This document shows, piece after piece, positions 41,203 through 49,993 of a stretch of DNA of 64,000 nt. Source of the DNA: Oscillospiraceae bacterium. GTDB lineage: Bacteria > Bacillota > Clostridia > Oscillospirales > Oscillospiraceae. The translations under genes and the position numbers were made by a program. The notes beneath the pieces were generated by a model that was not told where the DNA came from, did not search any database, and saw only the letters and a program-made list of their open reading frames with translations. Position 1 is the first letter of the stretch; each line of letters opens with the position of its first letter. The stretch is from the NCBI GenBank assembly GCA_017620525.1, contig JAGAUY010000011.1, forward strand, positions 1,902-65,901, given 5' to 3'.

Positions 41203-41561
41203 TTCAATCTCTGCTCCAATCCGCAGAAAATTCGGCTGACCTGTGTGGCTTCCTTGCTCAGATATTGGGCCAGCCGCCCGGTGTTCTGCCGCCATGCCCG
41301 GTTTTCAGCACCCATGGGAACCACACCGCAGAAAATATCCTGTAAAATCAGAATGCTATTCTGCCATTCCTCACGGTGGGTCTGAAAATAGCCGATGGGG
41401 TTGGGATGGCCATAGGTAAATTCTTCGATTTTATAGATGCAACGCTTGGAAAAGTCAATCTCCCCACCGTTGCAGATGAACACATCCTCATCAGAGATAT
41501 TAAAAGCGGATTTTGCGTAGTCCAGTTTTCCCTGGTACGCTCCGCCGATAATCAGAATCAT
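41199..41561 (-). CDS. Short CobU-like P-loop protein
   Basis: MILIIGGAYQGK, DIFCGVVPM..RAWR..GRL, VSRIFCG. Confidence 0.75.
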   Translation of the reverse strand: MILIIGGAYQGKLDYAKSAFNISDEDVFICNGGEIDFSKRCIYKIEEFTYGHPNPIGYFQTHREEWQNSILILQDIFCGVVPMGAENRAWRQNTGRLAQYLSKEATQVSRIFCGLEQRLK

Positions 41562-41571
41562 ATTGGCCTCC

Positions 41572-42309
41572 TTAAATGAGCACATACACCGCCACGGCAC
41601 ACAGTTCGCCAATGGTCAGTGCGTAGCCAGAAATGTCGCCGTTCATGCCGTCCAGGGATTTGTAGGCACGCCGAAGTGCAAGTCCATAGCCAGCCAGGCA
41701 GCCAACGAGAACAAATCCATACTTTCTGCAAAGCAGGAAACCTGCGGCAAGGAAGATGCAGAGCATGACCGTCAGTGCTACTATGTGGGACTTTGGTTTC
41801 TTTTGGTCGGCATATTGGCTGGTGGACATGGGGTTCAGCCCGGTCACCGCCAAAGCGGAACAGCACCGACTTACTGCCGGAATAAAAAACAGGATCAGGT
41901 AGTTGGCATCATTGGGTGCAGATGCGAATACCGCAAACTGCGCCAGCATCAGCAGTACGATACCGATAACCGCAAAGCTGCCAACATGGGAATCCTTCAA
42001 AATCTCCCGGCGGCGCTCCAGGTCACGCCAGGACTTGACTGCATCGGTCACATCCATGTAGCCATCCAGATGGATGAACCCAGTGACGATGTAGGGATAG
42101 GCACTTAGAACCAGCCCTGTGACCAGCGCGGGCAAATCCAGCAGTCTGCACAGCCAAGCCAGCACCGCCCAGATCGCGCCGATCTCCAAACCCACAACAG
42201 GCAGGAACAGGAGCATTTTATCTTTGGCTTTCTCGTCCCAAACCTGCGGTGCCGGGATGGAACAGAACATACTCTGGCACATGATAAAAGCGTGGAGAAA
42301 TTTTTTCAT
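41572..42309 (-). CDS. cobS: Adenosylcobinamide-GDP ribazoletransferase
   Basis: TGFIHLDGYMD, ILKDSHVGSF, GMNGDISG. Confidence 0.93.
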   Translation of the reverse strand: MKKFLHAFIMCQSMFCSIPAPQVWDEKAKDKMLLFLPVVGLEIGAIWAVLAWLCRLLDLPALVTGLVLSAYPYIVTGFIHLDGYMDVTDAVKSWRDLERRREILKDSHVGSFAVIGIVLLMLAQFAVFASAPNDANYLILFFIPAVSRCCSALAVTGLNPMSTSQYADQKKPKSHIVALTVMLCIFLAAGFLLCRKYGFVLVGCLAGYGLALRRAYKSLDGMNGDISGYALTIGELCAVAVYVLI

Positions 42310-42851
42310 ATACATAAATCTCCCTTGTGGATAGTCAGTTGCCCTGCGGATACCTCGATAACCGCATCGCACACTGCGGCCAGTCTGCGGTCAATATCCG
42401 CAAGACACTTGCGGTACATTTCGGTGCTTTCGGAATACCGTTCCGCATCCGAATAAATGTAATCGCTGACGATCACCGCATGGCGGACGGTCTTTGCAAA
42501 CCTGATCAGTTCATCGGCACAGCGGTGAGCTGCTTCCATATCCATCTCATAGTTTTTCTCCACCGGGAACAGAGCATTTTGCAGCAGTGCCGTTGCACTG
42601 TCCACCAGGAAAGTGCCATCCTTATCGGCCACCTCCAGACAGGACATAACATTCTTACTGCACTCCACAGTCTCAAAGCCCATGCCGTCCCGGTCGGCAA
42701 TATGGCGGCGGATGCGGTCATCATCTTCCTCGCCGGTGGAGATCATAGTGGCTACATAGTAATGCTTTCCGCCCTTGGCGAGTGCCACGGTCAGGTCTTG
42801 TGCCAGGGTGGATTTTCCATTCTTGGCACCGCCGGAGATGAAATAAGTCAT
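42306..42851 (-). CDS. cobU: Adenosylcobinamide kinase/guanylyltransferase
   Basis: SGGAKNGKS, YVATM, RIRRH, LVDS. Confidence 0.88.
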   Translation of the reverse strand: MTYFISGGAKNGKSTLAQDLTVALAKGGKHYYVATMISTGEEDDDRIRRHIADRDGMGFETVECSKNVMSCLEVADKDGTFLVDSATALLQNALFPVEKNYEMDMEAAHRCADELIRFAKTVRHAVIVSDYIYSDAERYSESTEMYRKCLADIDRRLAAVCDAVIEVSAGQLTIHKGDLCI

Positions 42852-43936
42852 TTGGCTCCCTCCACAGTGAATTTGTCGCCCTCACGAATTTCATCCAGAT
42901 AGCCATCGTCGATGCCTGCCTGGTCAAAGGTCGCCATATCATTGATGATGGTACAGGCGGCATCCAAAATCTCGAATGCCAGCGGACATCCGCTTCCTTC
43001 GCCCAACCGCATTCCCAGCAGGAAAAGCGGGCTTAATTCCATGGCATCCATCGCCAGCTTGTAGCCAATTTCATAAGAAGCATGGCTGGGGATAAGATAG
43101 CCCTTCACATTGGGACACAGTTTGTAAGCGCATAGGGCGGCAACGGCGGAAATAAAACCGTCGATCACCACCGGACAGCGGGTAACTGCTGCACCGATGA
43201 ATGCGCCGCACATGGCGGCAATATCGAAGCCGCCCACCTTGGAGAGCACATCGATCACATCGTTTTTATCGGGCTGATTTACAGCGATAGCGGTTTTGAT
43301 AACTTCCTTTTTCTTTCGGAAGCTGTCGTCGGTGATACCGCCTCCCCGGCCTGTCACATCTTCCACGGATGCGTCCAGCAGAACGGACAGCACAGCGGAA
43401 GACGTGGTGGTGTTGCCGATACCCATTTCCCCGACGCCCAGCGCATCAGCATGGGTGGACTTCGCCAGCTCAATGCCTGTCAAGATAGCTTGGATTGCCT
43501 GCTCTCTCGTCATGGCAGGGCCGCTCACGATGTTCTGAGTTCCATAGGCGATCTTGCGGTTCAGCACCGCAGGCTCCTTGATATCCGCATTGACGCCCAC
43601 ATCACAAACGGTGATACCACATCCGAAGTGCTTGCACAGGGTAGAAGCGCCGGTCTTGTGCCGGGTCAGGTTGATGGTCTGCATCTGAGTCACGGATTGG
43701 GGCGCACTGGACACGCCCTCTGCCACCACGCCATTGTCGGCAGCGAATACCAGCAGATGCTTTTTCTCGATTTTGTTATGTACCAGCCCGGTGATGCCTG
43801 CCAGCTGGACGGACAAGTCCTCCAGCCGTCCCAGACTTCCGGGAGGTTTCGCAAGCTGGTCCTGCCGCTCACGGGCTTCATTCATAGCGAACTCGTCCAA
43901 AGGACGGATCGCATTGAGATATGCTTCTAAGTACAT
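42848..43936 (-). CDS. cobT: Nicotinate-nucleotide-dimethylbenzimidazole phosphoribosyltransferase
   Basis: KPPGSLGRLE, FAADNG, GEMGIGNTT, MRLGEGSG. Confidence 0.96.
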   Translation of the reverse strand: MYLEAYLNAIRPLDEFAMNEARERQDQLAKPPGSLGRLEDLSVQLAGITGLVHNKIEKKHLLVFAADNGVVAEGVSSAPQSVTQMQTINLTRHKTGASTLCKHFGCGITVCDVGVNADIKEPAVLNRKIAYGTQNIVSGPAMTREQAIQAILTGIELAKSTHADALGVGEMGIGNTTTSSAVLSVLLDASVEDVTGRGGGITDDSFRKKKEVIKTAIAVNQPDKNDVIDVLSKVGGFDIAAMCGAFIGAAVTRCPVVIDGFISAVAALCAYKLCPNVKGYLIPSHASYEIGYKLAMDAMELSPLFLLGMRLGEGSGCPLAFEILDAACTIINDMATFDQAGIDDGYLDEIREGDKFTVEGAK

Positions 43937-43940
43937 GGTT

Positions 43941-44207
43941 TCAGCCCTCTTTCTTCTTCGCCAGCTGCGCGATCTGGCTGTACTTTGAAAGCACATAATC
44001 ATAACCACCTGCGCTGTGAGGGATCAGGCAGTTGGAGCAATCCTTGATGCCATTTTCCGTATAAGCACAGTTGCCGCCGCACTTATCACCCAAAGCATAC
44101 AATGGGCAATAACAGAACAGGCAGTTGAAGTTGCCGTCATCCCTTACTTTGTGGCAAGGAAAATATTCGCAGCTACGGTTTTGAAAGAAGCTATGGGAGT
44201 TTTCCAT
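43941..44207 (-). CDS. Cysteine-rich small metal-binding protein
   Basis: CEYFPCH..FNCLFCYCPLY..CGG..KDCSNCLIPH. Confidence 0.85.
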   Translation of the reverse strand: MENSHSFFQNRSCEYFPCHKVRDDGNFNCLFCYCPLYALGDKCGGNCAYTENGIKDCSNCLIPHSAGGYDYVLSKYSQIAQLAKKKEG

Positions 44208-44216
44208 TGGGTTACC

Positions 44217-44966
44217 TCAAATCAGGTTATTTTCTACCATCCATTCGATAGAAGGTGCGTCCTTCATCAGCTCCATGGTAAAGGTTGCATTCGGGCAGAT
44301 TTCTTCTGCCCGAAGAAGAAATTCTTTCATGGGGATTGTGCCATCGTTCAGGGCATTATGCTGATCTCGCGTTCCATCGTTGTTATGGACGTGGAAATGG
44401 CTGATGTAAGGCGCACAGATTTCCAGCCACTCCATGACAGAGATATTGGAATAGGCATTTACATGGCCAATGTCCAGACACATCTTTAGCCTCGGATCAT
44501 CCACGCCCTTCACAATATCCAGAAGCCAGGCAGGATCGGTTTCCAGCACATTTTCCAGCACGATCTGAATACCGGGATCTTCCTCCAGAAACTCCTTCCA
44601 GAACTTGATCGATTCGGCAGTGTACCACACCGGGAAATAGATCCATGGGTTAAAGCCGCCGTGGATGATGACCTTGGTGCTGCCGTAGCGTTTCGCAAGG
44701 TCGATTGCCTGCCAGTAGCGGGAAGCGGCCAGTTCTCTGGCCTTGGGATCAATGGCACAGGGGAACAGCTCGTTGTAGGGTGCGTGGAGAACGCTGCGGG
44801 CAATGCCATCCAGCTTCTTTTTGACCACACCGTCCACACCGGCGAATTTCTCATCCATGTTCCAAGCGGTGCAGTATTCCGCAATCTCAATGCCGCAGCC
44901 GTATTCCTTTGTAACGCGCACCGCGTCGGTGGCAATGGTAGAAAGGTAGATTTTTTCTCTGTTCAA
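44217..44966 (-). CDS. AP-endonuclease-2/TIM-barrel metalloenzyme, candidate CbiR-type cobamide remodelling hydrolase
   Basis: LHAP, IHGG, LENV, CLDIGH, HFHVHNNDG..DQH and ME metal ligands; TTG start overlaps the ecfT stop, GAGGTG RBS. Confidence 0.7.
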   Translation of the reverse strand: MNREKIYLSTIATDAVRVTKEYGCGIEIAEYCTAWNMDEKFAGVDGVVKKKLDGIARSVLHAPYNELFPCAIDPKARELAASRYWQAIDLAKRYGSTKVIIHGGFNPWIYFPVWYTAESIKFWKEFLEEDPGIQIVLENVLETDPAWLLDIVKGVDDPRLKMCLDIGHVNAYSNISVMEWLEICAPYISHFHVHNNDGTRDQHNALNDGTIPMKEFLLRAEEICPNATFTMELMKDAPSIEWMVENNLI

Positions 44967-45850
44967 AGCTGACACCTCGTTTTCTTGAATCGAAACTCCG
45001 TCCACAGTTCCATTATCAGCGGCAGCAAACACAAAACTGCGAAACCCATATAAAACACAAAGGAAATGGGGGTAATAGGATTCATGACGATTTTGGGATC
45101 ATACCAAATGACAGTCTGGCCCAGTAAATATCCCATAAGCGCCACCGTCAGGCAGGCAAACAAGCTAATCACCAGGCTCCGGTCCCGGTTGTCAAAGCGG
45201 TAAATGGAAAAGGCGGTGCGGCCTTTCAGCGCATATCCCCTGCTCCGCATAGAATCGGAACTCGTAGTGAAAGATTCCAACAACCATGTCAGGAGCATGG
45301 AGAAAATGCAGACAGCGTTGACAATCCTCTGAAAAACATTGCCTTGGTTGACGCCCCGTCCTACTGCTCTCCGGGCTGTGGATATCTTCTTTGCCTGGGC
45401 TTTTAGTCTTGGCACAGTTCGCAGAATAATAGAGAGGAACAGCGACAGTTTTGGACTGACCCGGCCAAAGAGATATACCACCTTATCAGCGGTAAAAACG
45501 GAAAACACGCAGCTCAGCCACATGAAAACCGTTGCCACAATCATGCCCAAGGTCACACCGTACAGCAAAGATTCCACGGTCATGTTGTTGCCGATGAAAT
45601 TCTGCCGCATGACGGTGACGCCAAAGTGGTTGTAGCTGGAGTAATACATGGCAAAAATAACGATCAGCGGGATCAGGCAAAGGTTGAAGATTACCGCCCG
45701 CTTTCCGTTGCGCTTTACGGAATAGGCAAAGGCGCTGAGATAGGAGATCAGCAAGAAAACAGGCTGCTTAAAAAGGATCGCTGCGGCGATGGTGCTGACG
45801 AAATAGAACAGGTTGATGGCAGGATGGTAACTCTCAAACCCCATCGTCAT
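44963..45850 (-). CDS. ECF transporter T component
   Basis: HPAINL.YF, RTVPR, SMRSRGY..RTAFS. Confidence 0.88.
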   Translation of the reverse strand: MTMGFESYHPAINLFYFVSTIAAAILFKQPVFLLISYLSAFAYSVKRNGKRAVIFNLCLIPLIVIFAMYYSSYNHFGVTVMRQNFIGNNMTVESLLYGVTLGMIVATVFMWLSCVFSVFTADKVVYLFGRVSPKLSLFLSIILRTVPRLKAQAKKISTARRAVGRGVNQGNVFQRIVNAVCIFSMLLTWLLESFTTSSDSMRSRGYALKGRTAFSIYRFDNRDRSLVISLFACLTVALMGYLLGQTVIWYDPKIVMNPITPISFVFYMGFAVLCLLPLIMELWTEFRFKKTRCQL

Positions 45851-46541
45851 GCGCCTCCATCATGCCGTACTTCACCTTCAGCCGGTCCAGCTTCTCCAGA
45901 AGGGGCTTGCCCAGCAGGAGCAGCACCAGGAAGGTGCAGATGCCCTGGCTCACATTCACGCTGAAGCCAGAAATATACAGCGGCCACGCCGTCCCCCAGG
46001 AGATGGCAGGCAGAGTCAGAAATACACTGCTGGTATCCAGCACCGGGCCGACGATCAGCACTACACTGATGAATCCGAAAACAGCCATGACCAGGGGCTT
46101 CCGGGGAAGCCGTTTTTTCGCAAATGAGAAGCCCGCGATCAGGCCGGCGACACCGTAACCCAGCATCTGCCAGGGAGTGTAGGGACCCTGGCCGTAGAAA
46201 AAGTTACTGGCAAAGGCAGAGATGGCGCCAACCAGGAAACCGGTCTCCGCCCCAAAGGCGATACCGGAGATCATAATAACGGCGAAGATGGCCTTGAAAT
46301 TGGGAATGGGAATGGCGGCACGGGCCGCAACAGCCAGCGCGCACATCACCGCAATGGTCACCAACTCCCGCGCCTGGGGCTTTCGCCCCTCAAAGGCCAT
46401 AAAGAATGGGATCAGCAATTCGATCACAATGAGTGTTCCAGTGAAATAATAGGAACGGCCCGGCAAAATCGTGCCAAAATACAAAGTTGCGGGAATCAGT
46501 GCAAACAGAACAATGAGCGTAGCAATGTTAGATTTCTTCAT
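45834..46541 (-). CDS. ECF transporter S component (CbrT-like)
   Basis: ARELV..A, PNFK, SNFFYGQGPYTPWQM. Confidence 0.85.
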   Translation of the reverse strand: MKKSNIATLIVLFALIPATLYFGTILPGRSYYFTGTLIVIELLIPFFMAFEGRKPQARELVTIAVMCALAVAARAAIPIPNFKAIFAVIMISGIAFGAETGFLVGAISAFASNFFYGQGPYTPWQMLGYGVAGLIAGFSFAKKRLPRKPLVMAVFGFISVVLIVGPVLDTSSVFLTLPAISWGTAWPLYISGFSVNVSQGICTFLVLLLLGKPLLEKLDRLKVKYGMMEAHDDGV

Positions 46542-46545
46542 AACA

Positions 46546-48201
46546 TCAGCCCTCCTTGTTCTGCTTATAGAGGTCAATCATATTCTCCGCCGTGACCGCA
46601 TTCTGAAACACATGGCGGCTCATACGGTTGGCGGCAGTGGTATAGAAGCTGTTGGAGCCAAAGAAGCGGCGGGGCGTATCGGTAGTCAGGATCTGACCAT
46701 CGAAGAACATGGAAACCATGTCCGCGTACTTTGCGCAGAACTCCACGTCATGGGACACCATCACGATGGTGATGCCCTGGATCTTGAGCTGGGCAAGGAT
46801 GGTGGCAAAGGTTTCCTTGAAGAAGCTGTCGATGCCCTTGGTGGGCTCGTCCAGCAGTAAAAGTTTCGGTTCCGTCAGCAGGACTTTTGCCAGGGCGGCA
46901 CGCTGCTGTTCACCGCCGGACAGATCGTAAGGGTGGTTGTCCAGCAGAGCGGTCACCTGACAAAGCTCCGCAACCTCAGCAATCTTCTGTTCATTCCTAC
47001 ACATCTCGGTCAAATCCTCCCGGACGGTTTTCTTAACGAACAGGCTCTTGGGATCCTGTGGCAGCATGGACAGGCAATTCTTGAACAGTTCCGCAGACTT
47101 ATATTTCTCCACCCGTTTCCCGAAAACCTTTACCTTACCCCGGTAGGGCTTGCAGATACCACAGATGGCTTTCAGGGTGGTGGATTTTCCGGCACCGTTG
47201 CCGCCTACGATGGCATACAAACTGCCCGCAGGCACCTCAGCGCTGACGCCTCGAAGGATATCGGGGCTGTCCTTTTCGTACCGGAACCACAGCTCTTTCA
47301 TAGAAAGAGCGGGGTTTTCAATTTCGTCCGCCAACGGCTCTGCCGGGAAGGTGGATACCTTGGGCGCTTCCGGGAATGCCTTGCTCAGCCAGTTGCGGCC
47401 CTCCCGGACGGTCAGGGGGCAGTCGCCCTCGCCCTGGGCCCCGTAGAACACCCGGACCGGGGTGGGCATGGCGGCGAACATATCATTGCCCTGCTCATAC
47501 AGGAGCTTGCCGATATTCCGGGGCGTGTCGTCCGCAATGACCCGGCCGCTGTCCATGACGATGGCACGGTCCGCATAGGGGAAGATATCCTCCATACGAT
47601 GCTCTGTGATGATGACAGTAGTGCCCAACTCAATATTGATTTTCCGCACGGTATTCAGAAAATCCGATGCCGCGATTGGGTCAAGCTGACTGGTGGGTTC
47701 ATCCAGGATCAGCACCTCCGGCTGCATGGCCATGATGGACGCCAGATTCAGAAGCTGTTTCTGTCCACCGGACAGGTTCGCCACATCCCGATGGAACCAG
47801 TCCTGGATGCCGAAATAGCAGGCCATTTCCGCAACACGGGCGCGCATGGTTTTCTGATCAGTTCCCAGGCTCTCCAGGCCAAAGGCCAGCTCATGCCAGA
47901 CCTTATCCGTGACGATCTGATCATCCGGGTTCTGCATCACATATCCGATTTTAGCGGACTGATCCCGCTGGCTCACCTTGTCCATGGGAATGTCGTTGAA
48001 CAGGATCTCTCCGCTGTGCTTGCCATGGGGTGCCAGCACGGATTTCAGATGCCGCAGAAGCGTGGTCTTGCCGCTGCCGGATTTGCCGCAGAGGACAACG
48101 TATTCGCCCTTTTCGATTGACAGTGTCACATCTTCCAGAGAGTGCTTCCCCTTTGCGGTGGGATAGGAAAAGGTCAGATTTTTGATCTCGAAATGTGCCA
48201 T
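46546..48201 (-). CDS. ECF transporter fused double ATPase
   Basis: Two ABC domains (GKSGSGKT and GGNGAGKS, LSGG, DEPT). Confidence 0.92.
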   Translation of the reverse strand: MAHFEIKNLTFSYPTAKGKHSLEDVTLSIEKGEYVVLCGKSGSGKTTLLRHLKSVLAPHGKHSGEILFNDIPMDKVSQRDQSAKIGYVMQNPDDQIVTDKVWHELAFGLESLGTDQKTMRARVAEMACYFGIQDWFHRDVANLSGGQKQLLNLASIMAMQPEVLILDEPTSQLDPIAASDFLNTVRKINIELGTTVIITEHRMEDIFPYADRAIVMDSGRVIADDTPRNIGKLLYEQGNDMFAAMPTPVRVFYGAQGEGDCPLTVREGRNWLSKAFPEAPKVSTFPAEPLADEIENPALSMKELWFRYEKDSPDILRGVSAEVPAGSLYAIVGGNGAGKSTTLKAICGICKPYRGKVKVFGKRVEKYKSAELFKNCLSMLPQDPKSLFVKKTVREDLTEMCRNEQKIAEVAELCQVTALLDNHPYDLSGGEQQRAALAKVLLTEPKLLLLDEPTKGIDSFFKETFATILAQLKIQGITIVMVSHDVEFCAKYADMVSMFFDGQILTTDTPRRFFGSNSFYTTAANRMSRHVFQNAVTAENMIDLYKQNKEG

Positions 48202-49073
48202 TGAATGGCCTCCTTTATGTGTAAAGCGGTAGGGATCAGCAAAAATGCGCAGTAAGCGATAAATCCCAAAGTGTTCAGCCCGGTAATGGGCGCGATATAC
48301 AGATCAGGGGTGAAGGTTGCGGTCATACTTCCATTTGCGCCGCAGGCTATCACCACAAATAACAGAGTAACGATCATCCCCATCAAGGTCCAGTCCATGG
48401 CGGTCATGCGGTAGATCTGGAAGCTGGTGCGTTTGGCGGTGCCATAGCCACGGGCGCGCATGGAATCGCCGGTGATAACGCTGCCCTCCAGCGCCCAATC
48501 GGTTAAAGCAGAGAGGACGGTCATGCCGTCGTTCACCTTCTCCTTGGTGGTGCTTTCGTCCCCGGCACCCTTGCCAATAGACTTTCTGGCTCCGATGATC
48601 TGCTTTGCCTTGCGGATAAAGTTGGGGATCATGCGAAGCACCATCACCAGCAGCAGTGACAGCGCCGGGATGAGATTTCCGAACAGGCTGGTGAACTTAT
48701 CGCTGGTCAGGACGGCATTGTAGCAGCCGAACCACAGCAGCATCACTACGAATACGCCTGCAATGGCCGCACCATACATCAACGCTTCCAGGGTATAGGG
48801 TCTCCCGAACAGGTGAAACAGCACTGTAACACCATAGGCATTAAGCAGTGGGTTAATAACGGTGAGAATGACAAACATGGGAAGCATCCCAAGGATCATC
48901 TTCCAGCCCTTTTTACCATTTAGGAGCAGATAATAGGTTCCTCCGCCCATCACTCCGGCGATCAGGTAGGCAGGGTGCTGGATCACCACGCCGCAGCCGA
49001 TGGCCCCGATGAAGAACAAGAAGTTTACCAGCGGGTGCCGTTTGGAAAAAGCATCATATTTTGAAGTGTTCAT
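48174..49073 (-). CDS. ECF transporter T component (second copy)
   Basis: HPLVNF.FF, RMIP, SMRARGY..RTSF. Confidence 0.88.
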   Translation of the reverse strand: MNTSKYDAFSKRHPLVNFLFFIGAIGCGVVIQHPAYLIAGVMGGGTYYLLLNGKKGWKMILGMLPMFVILTVINPLLNAYGVTVLFHLFGRPYTLEALMYGAAIAGVFVVMLLWFGCYNAVLTSDKFTSLFGNLIPALSLLLVMVLRMIPNFIRKAKQIIGARKSIGKGAGDESTTKEKVNDGMTVLSALTDWALEGSVITGDSMRARGYGTAKRTSFQIYRMTAMDWTLMGMIVTLLFVVIACGANGSMTATFTPDLYIAPITGLNTLGFIAYCAFLLIPTALHIKEAIQWHISRSKI

Positions 49074-49648
49074 TCCATTTTCGCTCCAACATCCGTGCCC
49101 AGCCCCTCGCAGGTATAGCACCAGACGATCTCATCTCCATGTTGAACCTCATAGCTGGAACAGCCATAATTGGGGAATTCTCCATTGACTTTATACATCC
49201 AGCCAGACTGATTGCCGCAGTCAAACTCGTAAAGATGGTTGATTCCCTCGATATAGTAGCTGTCATAAATCGGGGTCCAGCTGTATTCCAGCTGGATATC
49301 ACAGGCAGTACATACCCGCTGCAGTACATCAAAAACAGTTTCGCCCTCGTTAAATTCAACGACAGTTTCTCTAAGTATCACACCATCTGCCGGAACATAG
49401 GCGATCTTCGCCGGGTCCAACTTCTCCTGATTGCTTAGAATCGTGTCGCAGACAATGGTGATCTTACACAGATTCTCCGGTTCCTCCGAAAGAAGGATCG
49501 CATCGTTCGGAATTGAACCGGTCTGGAATTCAGAGCCTAATTCATTTCCTCCCTGCTTCCGAAAATGCAGCGCAGCCAGCACACCGGAGCATACCATTGC
49601 CACGATCACAACAACCATGACGATATTCGCTAACTTCTTTTTCTTCAT
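49070..49648 (-). CDS. Membrane-anchored DUF4430 (transcobalamin C-terminal-like) protein
   Basis: GETVFDVL, YIEGINHLYEFDCG..SGWMYKVNG.FPNYG..GDEIVWCYT. Confidence 0.88.
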   Translation of the reverse strand: MKKKKLANIVMVVVIVAMVCSGVLAALHFRKQGGNELGSEFQTGSIPNDAILLSEEPENLCKITIVCDTILSNQEKLDPAKIAYVPADGVILRETVVEFNEGETVFDVLQRVCTACDIQLEYSWTPIYDSYYIEGINHLYEFDCGNQSGWMYKVNGEFPNYGCSSYEVQHGDEIVWCYTCEGLGTDVGAKME

Positions 49649-49662
49649 CAGCATGACCTCCC

Positions 49663-49692
49663 AAAAAGAAAAAGTCCCCAAATTGGGGACTT
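49663..49692 (-). terminator. Riboswitch expression-platform terminator
   Basis: aagtccccaa-t-ttggggactt followed by tttctttttg on the minus strand, just before the RBS. Confidence 0.8.
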
Positions 49693-49739
49693 CAGTGCAA
49701 CGAAAAACAACCAGCAGGCACCCCCAAGAGCCTCCCGGA

Positions 49740-49888
49740 TCAAAGTCAAAGCTCGTATTCCGGCTCTGGACGCCCTGTGCTCAGCAACTTCTCAGATTGC
49801 TCCAATGTTCCTGCGCGGCATAATGTCCATCTACGGCGGCTTGGTACCGCTGGGATTAACCCATTCCAATGTCTGCCCTGACTTTTGA
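49740..49888 (-). ncRNA. Cobalamin riboswitch
   Basis: Minus strand: P1 AAAGTCAGGGC/GCTTTGACTTT, GGAAtGGG-TTAA-TCCC, GCGG..CCGCCGTA, CATTGG..TGAGAAG, B12 box AGCCGGAATAC; upstream of the ECF/cob operon. Confidence 0.8.
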
Positions 49889-49910
49889 TATTCATTTCAT
49901 CATACCTGAT

Positions 49911-49939
49911 AGTTTATCATATTATCCTCAAAAGTTCAA
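49911..49939 (-). promoter_or_regulatory. Promoter of the riboswitch transcript
   Basis: TTGAAC-17nt-TAAACT with an extended -10 TG. Confidence 0.55.
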
Positions 49940-49993
49940 TGCCTTTTGGTAAGATAGGAAAACCGCCTGCGTTGCTGCAGGCGGTCATTTGGG

